Assembly: GCA_035221665.1 (NCBI GenBank)
Contig: CM069160.1
Span: 34,286,001-34,350,000, forward strand
DNA length: 64,000 nt
Direction of reading: 5' to 3'
Source of the DNA: Okamejei kenojei
Taxonomy: Eukaryota
Part shown: one piece after another, positions 1 to 12,189 of the stretch
Numbering within the stretch: position 1 is the first letter of the stretch
How the letters are laid out: each line of letters opens with the position of its first letter
Made by a program: the position numbers and the translations under genes
The notes under the pieces: model-generated
What the model was told of the DNA's origin: nothing
Databases searched by the model: none
The model's input: only the letters and a program-made list of their open reading frames with translations

Positions 1-862
1 AGCCCCCTGCTGTACTCACTCTATACTCATGACTGCGTAGCTGGTCATAGTGCGAACTCCAGAGTATAGAAGAGAGATCGAGCGACTGTCCATATGGTGC
101 CAGCACAATAACCTGGCCCTCAACACCAGCAAAACCAAGGAACTGATTGTGGACTTTGGAAGGAGTAGGATGGGGACCCACAGTCCTGTTTATATCAACG
201 GGTCGATGGTTCAAAGGGTCAAGAGCTTCAAATTCCTGGGCGTGCACATCTGTGAAGATCTTTCCTGGTCCGAGAACACAGATGCAATTATTAAGAAAGC
301 TCATCAGCGCCTCTACTTCCTGAGAAGATTACGGAGAGTCGGTCTGTCAAGGAGGACTCTCTCTAACTTCTACAGGTGCACAGTAGAGAGCTTGCTGACC
401 GGTTGCATCGTGGCTTGGTTCGGCAACTTGAGCGCCCTGGAGAGGAAAAGACTACAGAAAGTAGTAAACACTGCCCAGTCCATCATCGGCTCTGACCTTC
501 CTTCCATAGAGGGGATCTATCACAGTCGCTGCCTCAAAAATGCTGGCAGCATCATCAAGGACCCACTACACCCTGGCCACACACTCATCTCCCTGCTACC
601 TTCTGAAGCCTGAAGACTGCAACGACCTGGTTCACGAATAGCTAATTCCCCACAGCCATCAGGCTATTAAACTTGGCTCGGAAATAACTCTGAACATTAA
701 TACCCCTGCATCTGTCACCAGCACTTTATCAATTTATTAATTAATGTGTGTATTTACGTATATAATTGTAGTCAATGCCTACTATGTTCTGTTGTGCTGA
801 AGCAAAGAAAGTATTTCATTGTCCTGTCAGGGACACACAACAATAAACTCTTTTGACTTTGA
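1..862 (+). mobile_element. Rex1/Babar-like LINE, 3' fragment (RT C-terminus and 3' UTR)
   Basis: ORF 50-613 has WCQHNNLALNTSKTKELIVDF, FKFLGVHI, KKAHQRLYFLRRL. Ends in AATAAA plus a short (TTTGAC)-type tail abutting module A. Confidence 0.85.
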
Positions 863-1006
863 TCCCGCCCGCCCGTCACAGACTGAACGTGACCACTGGG
901 ATTAAACAAATCCCGGTGACCGGCCAGCTCTCCCGAGGTGTCACCGACTGCCGCCCCCTCCCTCCCTGACCCGCTCTCGCTCTCCCGAGCGACCAGACTC
1001 GCCGCT

Positions 1007-1525
1007 CCGGACCCGGGAACCTACCGGGGCTGGGACCTAGCCGGACCCGGGAACCTACCGGGGCTGGGACCGAGCCGGACCCGGGAACCTACCGGGACTG
1101 GGACCGAGCCGGACCCGGGAACCTACCGGGACTGGGACCGAGCCGGACCCGGGAACCTACCGGGACTGGGACCGAGCCGGACCCGGAAACCTACCGGGGA
1201 TGAGGCCGAGCCGGACCCGGGAACCTACCGGGGCTGGGACCGAGCCGGACCCGGGAACCTACCGGGACTGGGACCGAGCCGGACCCGGGAACCTACCGGG
1301 ACTGGGACCGAGCCGGACCCCGGGAACCTACCGGGACTGGGACCGAGCCGGAACCGGGAACCTACCGGGACAGGGACCGAGCCGGACCCGGGAACCTACC
1401 GGAACTGGGACCGAGCCGGACCCGGAAACCTACCGGGGCTGGGACCGACCGGACCCCGGGAACCTACCGGGACTGGGACCGAGCCGGACCCGGGAACCTA
1501 CCGGGACTGGGACCGTGCCGGACCC
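1007..1525 (+). repeat. 34-bp GC-rich minisatellite, about 15 units (CCGGACCCGGGAACCTACCGGGACTGGGACCGAG)
   Basis: Directly visible tandem units. About 5 units in copy B (25036-25210) and about 1 in copy C (55135-55172). Confidence 0.95.
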
Positions 1526-1811
1526 CGGGGGCAGTGGGCCGGGCCGGGCCGGGGCAGTGGGGGTTCCCTTTCACCGAATGCCGCCGGCAAACAGGTGAGT
1601 GAGTGATCGCTTTGTCCCAGCGGCTCCGGCGCCGTGAGTTGTCCCGGACCCCGCTCACCTGATCAATCCCCGCCCGGCGCGGCCGCTTCCCCTCCCTCCC
1701 TCCCTCCGGCCGGGACCCTCCTTGTCCCCGGGGGCCGAGTCTGTCACCGGCGCCCAGCAACAGCGCGGAGTAACCGGCGTCAGAGAGAGCGCTTACTTCA
1801 GCCTGGAGTCC

Positions 1812-1838
1812 GGGAATCCCGCAGGGGAACGGCGGCCG

Positions 1839-1889
<51 letters not shown>

Positions 1890-1957
1890 AGAGGGAGAAA
1901 TCCTCCAAAGTTTCATAAAATGGAAGCCAGAATTGGAGGGGTGGAGAAAGTGAAACC
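1812..1957 (+). promoter_or_regulatory. NF-kB-like site GGGAATCCC (1812-1820) plus ISRE/IRF site GAGAAAGTGAAACC (1944-1957) in a CpG island
   Basis: Consensus matches, retained in copy B (ISRE 24635-24648) and copy C (ISRE 55478-55491). Function not shown. Confidence 0.5.
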
Positions 1958-2171
1958 GGGTGAGGTTTCCTCAAAGCGGCCCGGAGTCTTGCACAACTCT
2001 GACAGTGGCCCAGTATTCAGTTCAGCCCGTCTTCACAGCTGACCCCCCCCCCCCCCCACCTGCCCCTCACTCACTCCTTCCACCCCCCTAGGTCCTCTCT
2101 CGGTCCCGGGCCGCGCTGCCCGGGTCTCCCCCCGACCCCCGGGGACTCTGATTATCTGCTTCTCCCCCCAG

Positions 2172-2316
2172 TCTCCGTCACCCCGGATACAGTGGAAACA
2201 GCGGGTCCGCGGCTCGAGGTGTCTGAGGAACAGGGTGAGACTGACCTGGACCCTGAGGAGTCTCCCTGACACCGGGAAGGTTTATAGACTGGCCGTGTGC
2301 TGGGATCGGAAAGATA
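2172..2316 (+). pseudogene. Truncated, frameshifted B30.2 (PRY) exon fragment, copy A
   Basis: Pyrimidine tract and AG, then (V)SVTPDTVETAGPRLEVSEE / VRLTWTLRSLPDTGK, resembling a TRIM/BTN PRY start. Cut off by a CA repeat and CR1. Confidence 0.75.
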
Positions 2317-2327
2317 CACACACACAC

Positions 2328-2915
2328 ATCATAGAAAATAGGTGCAGGAGTAGGCCATTCGGCCCTTCGAGACTGCACCGCCATTCAACTCAGTATCCTG
2401 TACCTGCCTTCTCTCCATACCCCCTGCTCCCTTTAGCCACAAGGGCCACATCTAACTCCATCTTAGATATAGCCAATGAACTGGCCTCAACTACCTTCTG
2501 TGGCAGAGAATTTCAGACTCACCACTCTGTGTGAAAAGATATCTTCTCATCTCGGTCCTAAAAGTCTTCCCCGTTATCCTTAAACTGTGACCCCTAGTTC
2601 TGGACCTCCCCAACATCGGGAACAATCTTCCTGCATCTAGCCTGTCCAACCCCTTAAGAATTTTGTAAGTCTCTATAAGATCCCCCCTCAATCTCCTAAA
2701 TTCTAGCGAGTACAGGCAGAGTCTATCCAGTCTTTCTTCAAATGAAAATCCTGACATCCCAGGAATCAGTCTGGTGAACCTTCTCTGTACTCCCTCTATG
2801 GCAAGAATGTATTTCCTCAGATTAGGAGACCAAAACTGTACACAATACTCCAGGTGTGGCCTCACCAAGACGCTGTACAACTGCAGTAGAACCTCCCTGC
2901 TCTTGTACTCAAATC
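2328..2915 (-). mobile_element. CR1 LINE 3' fragment
   Basis: [15 protein letters not shown] and RTRGHSLRI motifs (ORF 2491-2880). Confidence 0.9.
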
Positions 2916-3625
2916 ATATGTGTATGTGCATGTAAATATGCATGTGTGTGTATGCATGTATATACAGACACACATACACATATATACACACATATATGTA
3001 CATACACACATGCATGTGTGTGGTGTATGTATACACCTGTGTGTACATATATATGTTTGTGTATATATTTACGGGTACATATGTGTGTATATATATTTGT
3101 ATGTATGTGTGTGGATCTGTGCATGTGACTGTATGACTGTATATGTGTAAGTGTGTGGGTATGTTTTTTATATATATTTGTGTGTGCATATACATGTGTG
3201 TGTTTGTGCATATATATGTGTGTTGTGTGTTTAGATTATATGTGTGTGTGTATATATATATATATATATGTGTGTTGTGTGTTTATATTATATGTGTGTG
3301 CATATATATGTGTGTTGTGTGTTTACATTATTTGTGTGTGCATATATATGTGTGTGTGTGTGCATATATATATATGTGTGTGTGTATATATTTATGTGAA
3401 GCAGACACAAAATGCTGGAGTAACTCAGGCAGCATCTCAGGAGAGAAGGAAGGGGTGATGTTTCAGGGTGTGTTCGTGTGTGTGTGTGTGTGTGTGTTCG
3501 TGCGCGTGTGTGTTCGTGTGGGTGTGTGTTCGTATGTGTTTGTTCGTTTGTGTGTTCGTGTGCGCGTGTGTTCATGTGCGTGTGCGCGTGTGTGTTCATG
3601 CATGTGTGTTCGTGCATGTGTGTTC
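2916..3625. repeat. Compound (TA/TG) and GTTCGT simple repeats
   Basis: Directly visible low-complexity sequence; explains many spurious ORFs. Confidence 0.95.
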
Positions 3626-4121
3626 GTTCCCCGGGGAGGGAGACGGATGGAAGCTGGCACGGTTGCAGAAGTGGAGGATGCAGCTTCACCTCGCTGTTGT
3701 TCCCGGCTGGAGTTACCATCAGTGTCTGGAATCTGCCCTCGCCCTGTCTGCAATCAACCCCAGCTGAAGCTTTTTGTTTCATCTTCAGAGTCTGAGGATC
3801 GATTTCACACCAAAGTGAAACACAGCTGTGATGGCCATTCATTGGAACACTAACAACCGAGCGTTGAGTAGATTTACCCAACTTTGGTAATGTTTACCTT
3901 TCTTTAGTTCAGAGATACAGCATGGAAACAGGCCTCCGGCCCACTGAGTCGATGCCGACCATCGATCGCCCGTTCACACATGCACAATGTTACCCCAGGA
4001 GCCGCTGGATGGTGGAAGCCCCTCGGAGAGTGCTCTTGTTTTCCACTGAAGTTACAGTGGGAATCTGGGAGAATCCCGCCCGTATTTCCTGACCTGCATC
4101 TTACACTGTTGTTTAACGTAC

Positions 4122-4244
4122 CTTTGATGCATCTGTTTTGTTTCACGTTCCAATAAAACACAGCAATGTGGGCGGCAATGAGAAGACAAACGGTGAGGAC
4201 CAGCGGCAGGGCCCAGTCAGGAACTCCAGCAGGGAAGATATCAT
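4122..4244 (-). pseudogene. Orphan BTN-like transmembrane exon, copy A
   Basis: 123 bp, CAG|...|GTACGT, encodes [41 protein letters not shown]; paralogue of 30657-30776. Confidence 0.85.
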
Positions 4245-5066
4245 CTGCAGATTGAAGACAGTGAATCACGGTGACAGTGACCGACTCACACACAGACACA
4301 CACACACACACACATCACAGCTGNNNNNNNNNNNNNNNNNNNNNNNNNNNNNNNNNNNNNNNNNNNNNNNNNNNNNNNNNNNNNNNNNNNNNNNNNNNNN
4401 NNNNNNNNNNNNNNNNNNNNNNNNNNNNNNNNNNNNNNNNNNNNNNNNNNNNNNNNNNNNNNNNNNNNNNNNTATAGATACATATACTGTCTGTGATGTC
4501 TGGTACTATATGTAATATGTATTTAATGTAAATGCCAGTGCCTGTGATGTCTGTAAAGTGAAGAGGGAGATGTGACGACTTGGTAATGTAATATATATAT
4601 ATTGTGTAATCTAAATATATTGTGTAATCTAAATTGGAAACTTGTGCCTGAGGTCAAGTGACCTTGAAGATAAAACGCAGTGTTTGCAGAATGAACCGGC
4701 TCTGACTCGGTGGTGGATGTGTCTTTCTTTGTGCCGGTCACAACAGAGCCTTACCTCATCAGCAACCTTTACATTGGTGTAGATAGACTATATTGTACAC
4801 ACAGACATCCTGATAGATACTGTATATATTATATATATTTAATGATGGGGGGTGAGAGAGAGAGAGGAGAGAAATCAGAGGAGAGAGAGAAAAAGAGGAA
4901 TGAGAGAGTGGGATAGAGTGAGCAAGAGAGAGAGAAAAGAATGAGAGGAGAATGCGAGAGAGAGGTGGAGATAGATAGAGAAACAGATATAGAGAGAGAT
5001 TGTGTGACATCAGACCGGTCTCTTTACACCAAAGATCCTACAGCTTGCTACAGGAACTTTGCTTTA

Positions 5067-5250
5067 CTGTCCCCACACACGGCATCAGCCCTCACGGTCA
5101 CTACTGTCCCCACACACGGCATCAGCCTTCACGGTCACTACTGTCCCCCACACACGGCATCAGCCCTCACGGTCACTACTGTCCCCCACACACGGCATCA
5201 GCCTCACGGTCACTACTGTCCCCACACACGGCATCAGCCTCACGGTCACT
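5067..5250 (+). repeat. ~37-bp minisatellite (CTGTCCCCACACACGGCATCAGCCCTCACGGTCACTA), about 5 units
   Basis: Visible tandem units. Confidence 0.95.
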
Positions 5251-6350
5251 TCACTCTGTCCGTCCCCGGCTCCAACCGCCAACCGTTTGAATTCCAACCG
5301 CCGCCCCCTGACCACGTGACCGCTCGGCCCAGATCACGCCCGGTCCACGCGAGAGTTGCAGCCCAAACACCCACTGTTGCCCAGCAACACGCCTCAGCCC
5401 CACACACACACTCACACTAACACAATCACACACACACACACACTAACACAATTACACTCACACACACACTCACATTCACTCACACACACCCATTCTCACA
5501 CATTCACACTCACACACTAACACAATCACACACATAGACACACTCACTCACACTAACACAATCACACTCACACACACTAACACAATCACACTCACACACT
5601 AACACAAACACTCACACACACACTCAGACACACATACACACTCAGTCACACCTCAGACACACACACACACTCTCACACACAGACAGACACACATTCACTC
5701 ACATCACAGCTGCATGCGTGTGTATTTAGAAATCATACATATATATGTATCAGCATGTCTGTGTACAATATAGATACATATACTGGCTGTGATGTCTTGG
5801 TACTATATGTAATATGTATTTAATGGAAATGCCAGTGCCTGTGATGCCTGTAAAGTGAAGAGGGAGATGTGATGTCTTGGTAATGTAATATATATATATT
5901 GTGTAATCTAAATATATTGTGTAATCTAAATTGGAAACGTGTGCCTGAGGTCAAGTGACCTTCAAGATAAAACGCAGTGTTTGCAGAATGAACCGGCTCT
6001 GACTCGGTGGTGGATGTGTCTTTCTTTGTGCCGGTCACAACAGAGCCTTACCTCATCAGCAACCTTTACATTGGTGTAGATAGACTATATTGTACACACA
6101 GACATCCTGATATATACTGTATATATTATATATATTTAATGAGGGGGGGGTGAGTGAGAGGAGAGAGAGAAAAAGAGGAATGAGAGAGTGGGATAGAGCG
6201 AGCAAGAGAGAGAGAAAGGAATGAGAGAGGAGAGAATGCGAGGGAGAGGTGGAGATAGATAGAGAAACTGATAAAGAGAGAGATTGTATGACATCAGACC
6301 GGTCTCTTTACACCAAAGATCCTACAGCTTGCTACAGGAACTTTGCTTTA

Positions 6351-6800
6351 CTGTCCCCCACACACGGCATCAGCCCTCACGGTCACTACTGTCCCCCACA
6401 CACGGCATCAGCCCTCACGGTCACTACTGTCCCCACACACGGCATCAGCCCTCACGGTCACTACTGTCCCCACACACGGCATCAGCCTCACGGTCACTAC
6501 TGTCCCCACACACGGCATCAGCCCTCACGGTCACTACTGTCCCCCACACACGGCATCAGCCTCACGGTCACTACTGTCCCCCACACACGGCATCAGCCCT
6601 CACGGTCACTACTGTCCCCCACACACGGCATCAGCCCTCACGGTCACTACTGTCCCCCACACACGGCATCAGCCCTCACGGTCACTACTGTCCCCCACAC
6701 ACGGCATCAGCCCTCACGGTCACTACTGTCCCCCACACACGGCATCAGCCCTCACGGTCACTACTGTCCCCCACACACGGCATCAGCCCTCACGGTCACT
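6351..6800 (+). repeat. ~37-bp minisatellite, about 12 units
   Basis: Same unit as 5067-5250, in a tandemly duplicated sub-module. Confidence 0.95.
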
Positions 6801-7149
6801 TCACTCTGTCCGTCCCCGGCTCCAACCGCCAACCGTTTGAATTCCAACCGCCGCCCCCTGACCACGTGACCGCTCGGCCCAGATCACGCCCGGTCCACGC
6901 GAGAGTTGCAGCCCGAACACCCAGTGTTGCCCAGCAACGCGCCTCAGCCCCACACACAGCTTTTTTTCCACGAGTAGTAGCTCTACTTAATAACCAAAAA
7001 TCTGTAGCCTACTTTTGCTCTGGTATTTTATTTAATGCACATGTTTAATCAATAATGTTTAATTGTTAATGTTTTATGTGTCATTGGTAACTATGAATGT
7101 ATGTTATGTTGTCACTTGGATGGATGGAAGCAGATGCAGACGGGGCGCA

Positions 7150-7578
7150 CATGCAGACGGGGAGCTGGGGCTGGCGAGTGTTTGCAGGGCTGGCGAGTCA
7201 CTTGCTACAGCTCCGGAGCAGCCTCAGTGCAAGAGTCCCGGGCCATTGGAGGCGTTGTGCAGCTGCCGTGAGAGTCTCTGCGCCCAATTCGCACTGGTGA
7301 CCGGCATGGACCAGGCTGTGGCTCTATCTTCCACCGCTTCTCCCCAGTGCTTGGGACTTACTTCCAGCAGCCACTGGTTGTCCTCCAGGATGACCCAGCC
7401 GCAGCCTGGTCCATGCCGGTCACCAGGGCAAATTGGGCGCAGAGACTCTCACGGCAGCGGCACAATGCTTCCGACGGCCTGAGACTCATGCACTGAGGCT
7501 GCTCCATGGCCGGAGCTGCATCGAGCGACTCACCAGTCCGACAAACAGTCATCAGCCGTGGCTCCCCGTCCGCATCTG
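7150..7578. repeat. Imperfect fold-back inverted repeat (~175-bp arms, ~73-bp loop)
   Basis: CCGTGAGAGTCTCTGCGCCCAATT...GGACCAGGCTG is mirrored by CAGCCTGGTCC...AATTGGGCGCAGAGACTCTCACGG. Confidence 0.85.
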
Positions 7579-7639
7579 ACCCCCGCCGCTGCTTCTGCTT
7601 CCATCCCTCCCTCCGCCCCGGCTCTCCAACACCCATGAC

Positions 7640-8440
7640 CAGGTTGCTCAGAGCACAGCAGCGTCTCGTCCAAAGCCGGGGACAGGCAAAGAAAAGCTGT
7701 TTATTTTTACATATAAACTTGCTTGTTAAGACGACCTTAATCAACATTTCATGTTGCAAAACGTTGATTTATTCCCCATATGAACCGGCAGTATTTTTCC
7801 TGACGATATGGGGTTTAAATTCACCACAACCGCAATGTTCCAATCCATCGCGTTCCAGAAAATCCCACTCGAAAGATGATTAAAATGGCCATTAATTTAC
7901 GGGCATTAAACACTAAATTCCTTCAATTTGGCCTATAAATTCATAACAATGAGATTTAAAAATCTTGTTATATTGTGAATTCTTGTGTGAATGTTATTTG
8001 GACACTTAGGCTTTTTAAAAAATGTTAATATTTTCTTAAGAAATGGATAAATGTTTAGATGTAGTAATTGAATTTGGTAATTAGCTACAATTGGGTAACT
8101 AACTAATTATATGCTTTAATTTCAGGTCATCTAAGTAAGGCTGTTTCATATTTGTTTCAGAATGCTTCAATCTATAATAACGGAAATTTTGTTTCAGTCT
8201 CTTAATTTTTAAGAAAGTTATGGGCTTTTGCCTGTCTTCGATCACAACTTTTGTGTTCAGTCAATGGAAAGGCAATAGGGAACAAGATGTTAATTTCCGA
8301 GTATGAAAATGGCCATAACTTTTTTAATACTGAAGATATGAAAGTGAATTAGGTGTCAAATTAAACTTCTTTTTATGCTTTATCTGATAGGATAAATTGC
8401 AGACTTGATTTTTAAAATCTCAAATTTTTGTAACATTACT
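7640..8440. mobile_element. AT-rich unclassified interspersed repeat, possibly a non-autonomous DNA transposon
   Basis: Abrupt compositional block with no ORF; termini not established. Confidence 0.3.
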
Positions 8441-9112
8441 ACAATTAGTACCCAATTCATGCCTTCTCCCCATATCCCCTGACTCTGCTATTTAGCTCTT
8501 TATACTTCCATAAGAGCCCTATTTAGCTCTCTCTTGAAAGTATCCAAAGAACCGGCCTTCACCGCCCTCTGAGGCAGAGAATTCCACAGACTTTGATTTC
8601 TCTTCTTCACACCTAACCCTTCCATATCTCTGACTCCATCTCCCATGAATCTCAGTCTGAAGGATCTCGACCCGAAACGTCACCCTGTAGTGGCACCTAG
8701 TGGCTAATCGGTGAATGACAGAACCCACATCAGAGGCCGGGTCTGTAACGTGACAGGGTTGGTGCGCGGGGCCGGGTCTGTCACGTAGAAACATAGAAAA
8801 TACGTGCAGGAGGCCATTCGGCCCTTCGAGCCAGCACCGCCTTTCAATGTGATCATGGCTGATCATCCCCAATCAATAACCCGTGCCTACCTTCTCCCCA
8901 AATCCCTTGATTCCACTAGCTCCTAGAGCTCTATCTAACTCCCTCTTAAATCCATCCAGTGATTTGGCCTCCACTGCCCTCTGTGACAGGGAATTCCACA
9001 AATTCACAACTCTCTGGGTGAAAAAGTTTTTTCTCACCTCAGTCTTAAATGGCCTCCCGTTTATTCTAAGACTGTGGCCCCTGGTTCTGGACTCGCCCAA
9101 CATTGGGAACAT

Positions 9113-12100
9113 AGGGAGGTTGCATGGCAGTCGGGTCACGACCCATGACCCGTACTGTTGCTAAAGCCCGTTAAAACCCGCCAAAATGGTCAATCTTTGC
9201 GCTGGAAATAATTATGAAAACTCCTCTGAAGCAAAATTTACAGCCAGATTAATAATCATATATAACCATATAACCATATAACAATTACAGCACGGAAACA
9301 GGCCCTCTCGGCCCTTCCAGTCCGTGCCGACCATTTGTTTTCCCCTCGTCCCATCTACCTGCACTCGGACCATACCCCTCCATTCCCTTCATGTCCATAT
9401 ACCTATCCACTTTACTCTTAAATGTTAAAATCGATCCTGCCTCCACCACTTCTGCTGGAAGCTGATTCCACACAGCCACCACCCTCTGAGTAAAGAAGTT
9501 CCCCCTCACGTTACCCCGAAACCTCTGTCCCTTAATTCTCATGTCATGCCCTCTTGTTTGAATCTTCCCTACCCTCAATGGGAAAAACGTATCCACGTCA
9601 ACTCTGTCTATCCCTTTCATCATTTTAAAGACCTCAATCAAGTCCCCCCTTAACCTTCTGCGCTCCAAAAAATAAAGACCTAACTTGTTCAACCTCTCTC
9701 TGTAACATAGTTGCTGGAACCCTGGCAACATTCTAGTAAATCTCCTCTGTACTCTCTCTATTTTGTTGACATCCTTCCTATAACTAGGCGACCAAAATTG
9801 TACACCATACTCCAGAATTGGTCTTACCAATGCCTTGTACAATTTTAACATTACTTCCCTACTCCTATATTCAATACTCTGATTTATAAAGGCCAGCACA
9901 CCAAAGGCTTTCTTTACCACCCTATCAACATGCGATTCCACCTTCAGGGAACTATGCACAGTTATTCCTAGATCCCTCTGTTCCACAGCATTCCTCAATT
10001 CCCTACCATTTACCATGTACGTCCTATTTTGATTTGTCCTGCCAAGATGTAGCACTTCTCACTTATCAGCATTAAACTCCATCTGCCATCTTTCAGCCCA
10101 CTTTTCCAAATGGCCCAAATCTCTCTGTAGACTTTGAAAATCTACTTCATTATCCACAACACCACCTATCTTAGTATCATCTGCATACTTACTTATCCAA
10201 TTTTCCACCCCATCATCCAGATCATTGATGTACATGACAAACAACAGTGGACCCAACACAGATCCCTGAGGCACCCCACTGGTCACCGGCTTCCAACCTG
10301 ACAAACTGCCATCCACCATTACCCTCTGACATCTCCCATTCAGCCACTGTTGAATCCATCTTGCTACTCCGCCATTAACACCCAAAGATTGAACCTTCTT
10401 AACCAACCTTCAATGGGCAACCTTGTCAAAGGCCTTACTGAAATCCATATAGACAACATCCACTGCTTTACCCTCATCAATTTCCCTAATTACCGCTTCA
10501 AAAAATTCAAGAAGGTTTGTCAAACATGACCTTCCAGGCACAAATCCATGTTGACTGTTCCTGATCAGACCCTGTTTATCCAGATGCTTATATATATTAT
10601 CCCTAAGTATCCTTTCCATTAATTTGCCCACCACTGACGTCAAACTAATAGGTCTATAATTGCTAGGTTTATTCTTTGAACCCTTTTTAAACAATGGAAC
10701 AACATGCGCAGTACGCCAATCCTCCGGCACTATTCCCGTTTCTAATGACATTTGAAATATTTCTGTCATAGCTCCTGCTATTTCTACACTAACTTCCCTC
10801 AATGTCCTAGGGAATATCCTGTCAGGACCTGGAGAGTTATCCACTTTTATATTTTTCAAAAGTGTCAGTACTTCCTCCTCTTTGAATCTCATAGTTTCCA
10901 TAGCTACTCTACTTTTTCCCCTTAACTCACCGAGTTCAATATCCTTCTCCTTGGTGAATACCGAAGAAAAGAAATTGTTCAATATCTCCCCCATCTCTTT
11001 TGGCTCTGCAGATAGCTGTCCATTCTGGTTCTCTAATGGTCCAATTTTATCCCTCGTTATCCTTTTGCTATTAATATAGCTGTAGAAACCCTTTGGGTTT
11101 ACTTTCACCTTTCTTGCCAAAGCAACCTCATATCTTCTTTTAGCCTTCCTAATTTCTTTCTTAAGATTCTTTTTACATTCTTTATACTCCTCTAGCACCT
11201 CATTTACTCCATGCCTCCTATAATTATTGTAGATATCTCTCTTTTTTCGAAACAAGTGTCCAATTTCCTTTGAAAACCATGGCTCTTTCCAATTTTTACT
11301 ATTTCCTTTCAACCTAACAGGGACATAAAGATTCTGTACTCTTACAATTTCCCCTTTAAATGTCCTCCATTTCTCTTCTACATCCTTCCCATGAAACAAA
11401 GTGTCCCAATTCACTCCTTTAAAATCCTTACGCATTCCCTCAAAGTTAGCCTTTCTCCAATCAAAAATCTCCACCCTAGGTCCAGTTCTGACTCTCTCCA
11501 TAATTATATTGAAACTAATGGTATTGTGATCACTGGTCCCGAAGTGCTCACCAACGCATACCTCCGTCACCTGACCTGCCTCATTTCCTAACAGGAGGTC
11601 CAGCACTGCCCCTTCTCTGGTCGATACCTCTATGTACTGCTGCAAAAAACTATCCTGCACACATTTTACAAACTCCAAACCATCCAGCCCATTTACAGAA
11701 TGTGTTTCCCAGTCTATTTTTGGAAAATTGAAATCTCCCACAATCACTACCTTGCTACTATCACTACTATCACTTCTGAGACTTTTTAGATACCAAAGGT
11801 ATCAAGAATAAACACAAATAATGCCTTCCTGTTGATGAAATGCAGCGAGCAAACGCAATAATTCCCAATATTTTCAATTTCGATATCTGCACGGCCAAAG
11901 TTCGCCAAGCACTTTAGCTGTTGTTGTCCCTTCAGCTCTCACCTCTGTTTACCTTCATTTCGCTTCACTTTTGGAATTCTTAAGTCGGGTACATGTCTCT
12001 CACGCTTACCCCAATTTCCACAATATTTTACAGCCCAAAAATCCAACATTTTGGCGGTTTTTAACAGGTAAGAAAGTACGCGTTTCGTGTATTAACAACG

Positions 12101-12189
12101 TATACCAGAAGCTGCGATGTCCTCCAGATGGATTGAGCGGCTCCATGCGTCAAGCCCTATGACCCAGTGACCTTACGTGCAACCCCCCT
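9113..12189. mobile_element. Non-autonomous DNA transposon with TIRs and 2-bp AT TSD (ISL2EU/Harbinger-like)
   Basis: Ends AGGGAGGTTGCA...TGCAACCCCCCT; AT at 9111-9112 and 12190-12191. The empty site AACATTTTTCC is seen in the CR1 copy at ~31665. Confidence 0.7.
9260..11755 (-). mobile_element. CR1 LINE, 5'-truncated ORF2 (EN end plus RT) with two in-frame stops
   Basis: ORFs 10410-11747, 10059-10406 and 9285-10055 share a frame. [35 protein letters not shown]; (TATGGTTA)n tail. Confidence 0.93.

Larger units (their letters stand above)
863..6957 (+). repeat. Segmental-duplication module, copy A
   Basis: Colinear near-identity by eye with 14665-25355 (reverse complement) and 55109-60184 (direct). 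Confidence 0.9.

Noticed and set aside
1007-1525. 34-bp and 37-bp repeat arrays as CRISPR-like arrays
   Set aside because: Units are contiguous with no unique spacers, there are no cas genes, and the context is vertebrate; these are minisatellites.
938-1606. 222-aa G/P/R-rich ORF
   Set aside because: Translation of the stop-free 34-bp VNTR; GTG start and frame not conserved across copies.
2856-3881. Cys/Val/Tyr/His-rich ORFs
   Set aside because: Microsatellite translations.
4122-4810. TM-only microprotein from splicing the GAG|GTAAGG exon to the orphan TM exon
   Set aside because: In the TM frame the upstream exon ends in TGA TGA, and its terminal ATG gives ATG AGA TGA.
6249-7048. His/Thr/Pro-rich ORFs (also 4941-5420 and 58469-59146)
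   Set aside because: Products of the 37-bp VNTR, open in all frames.
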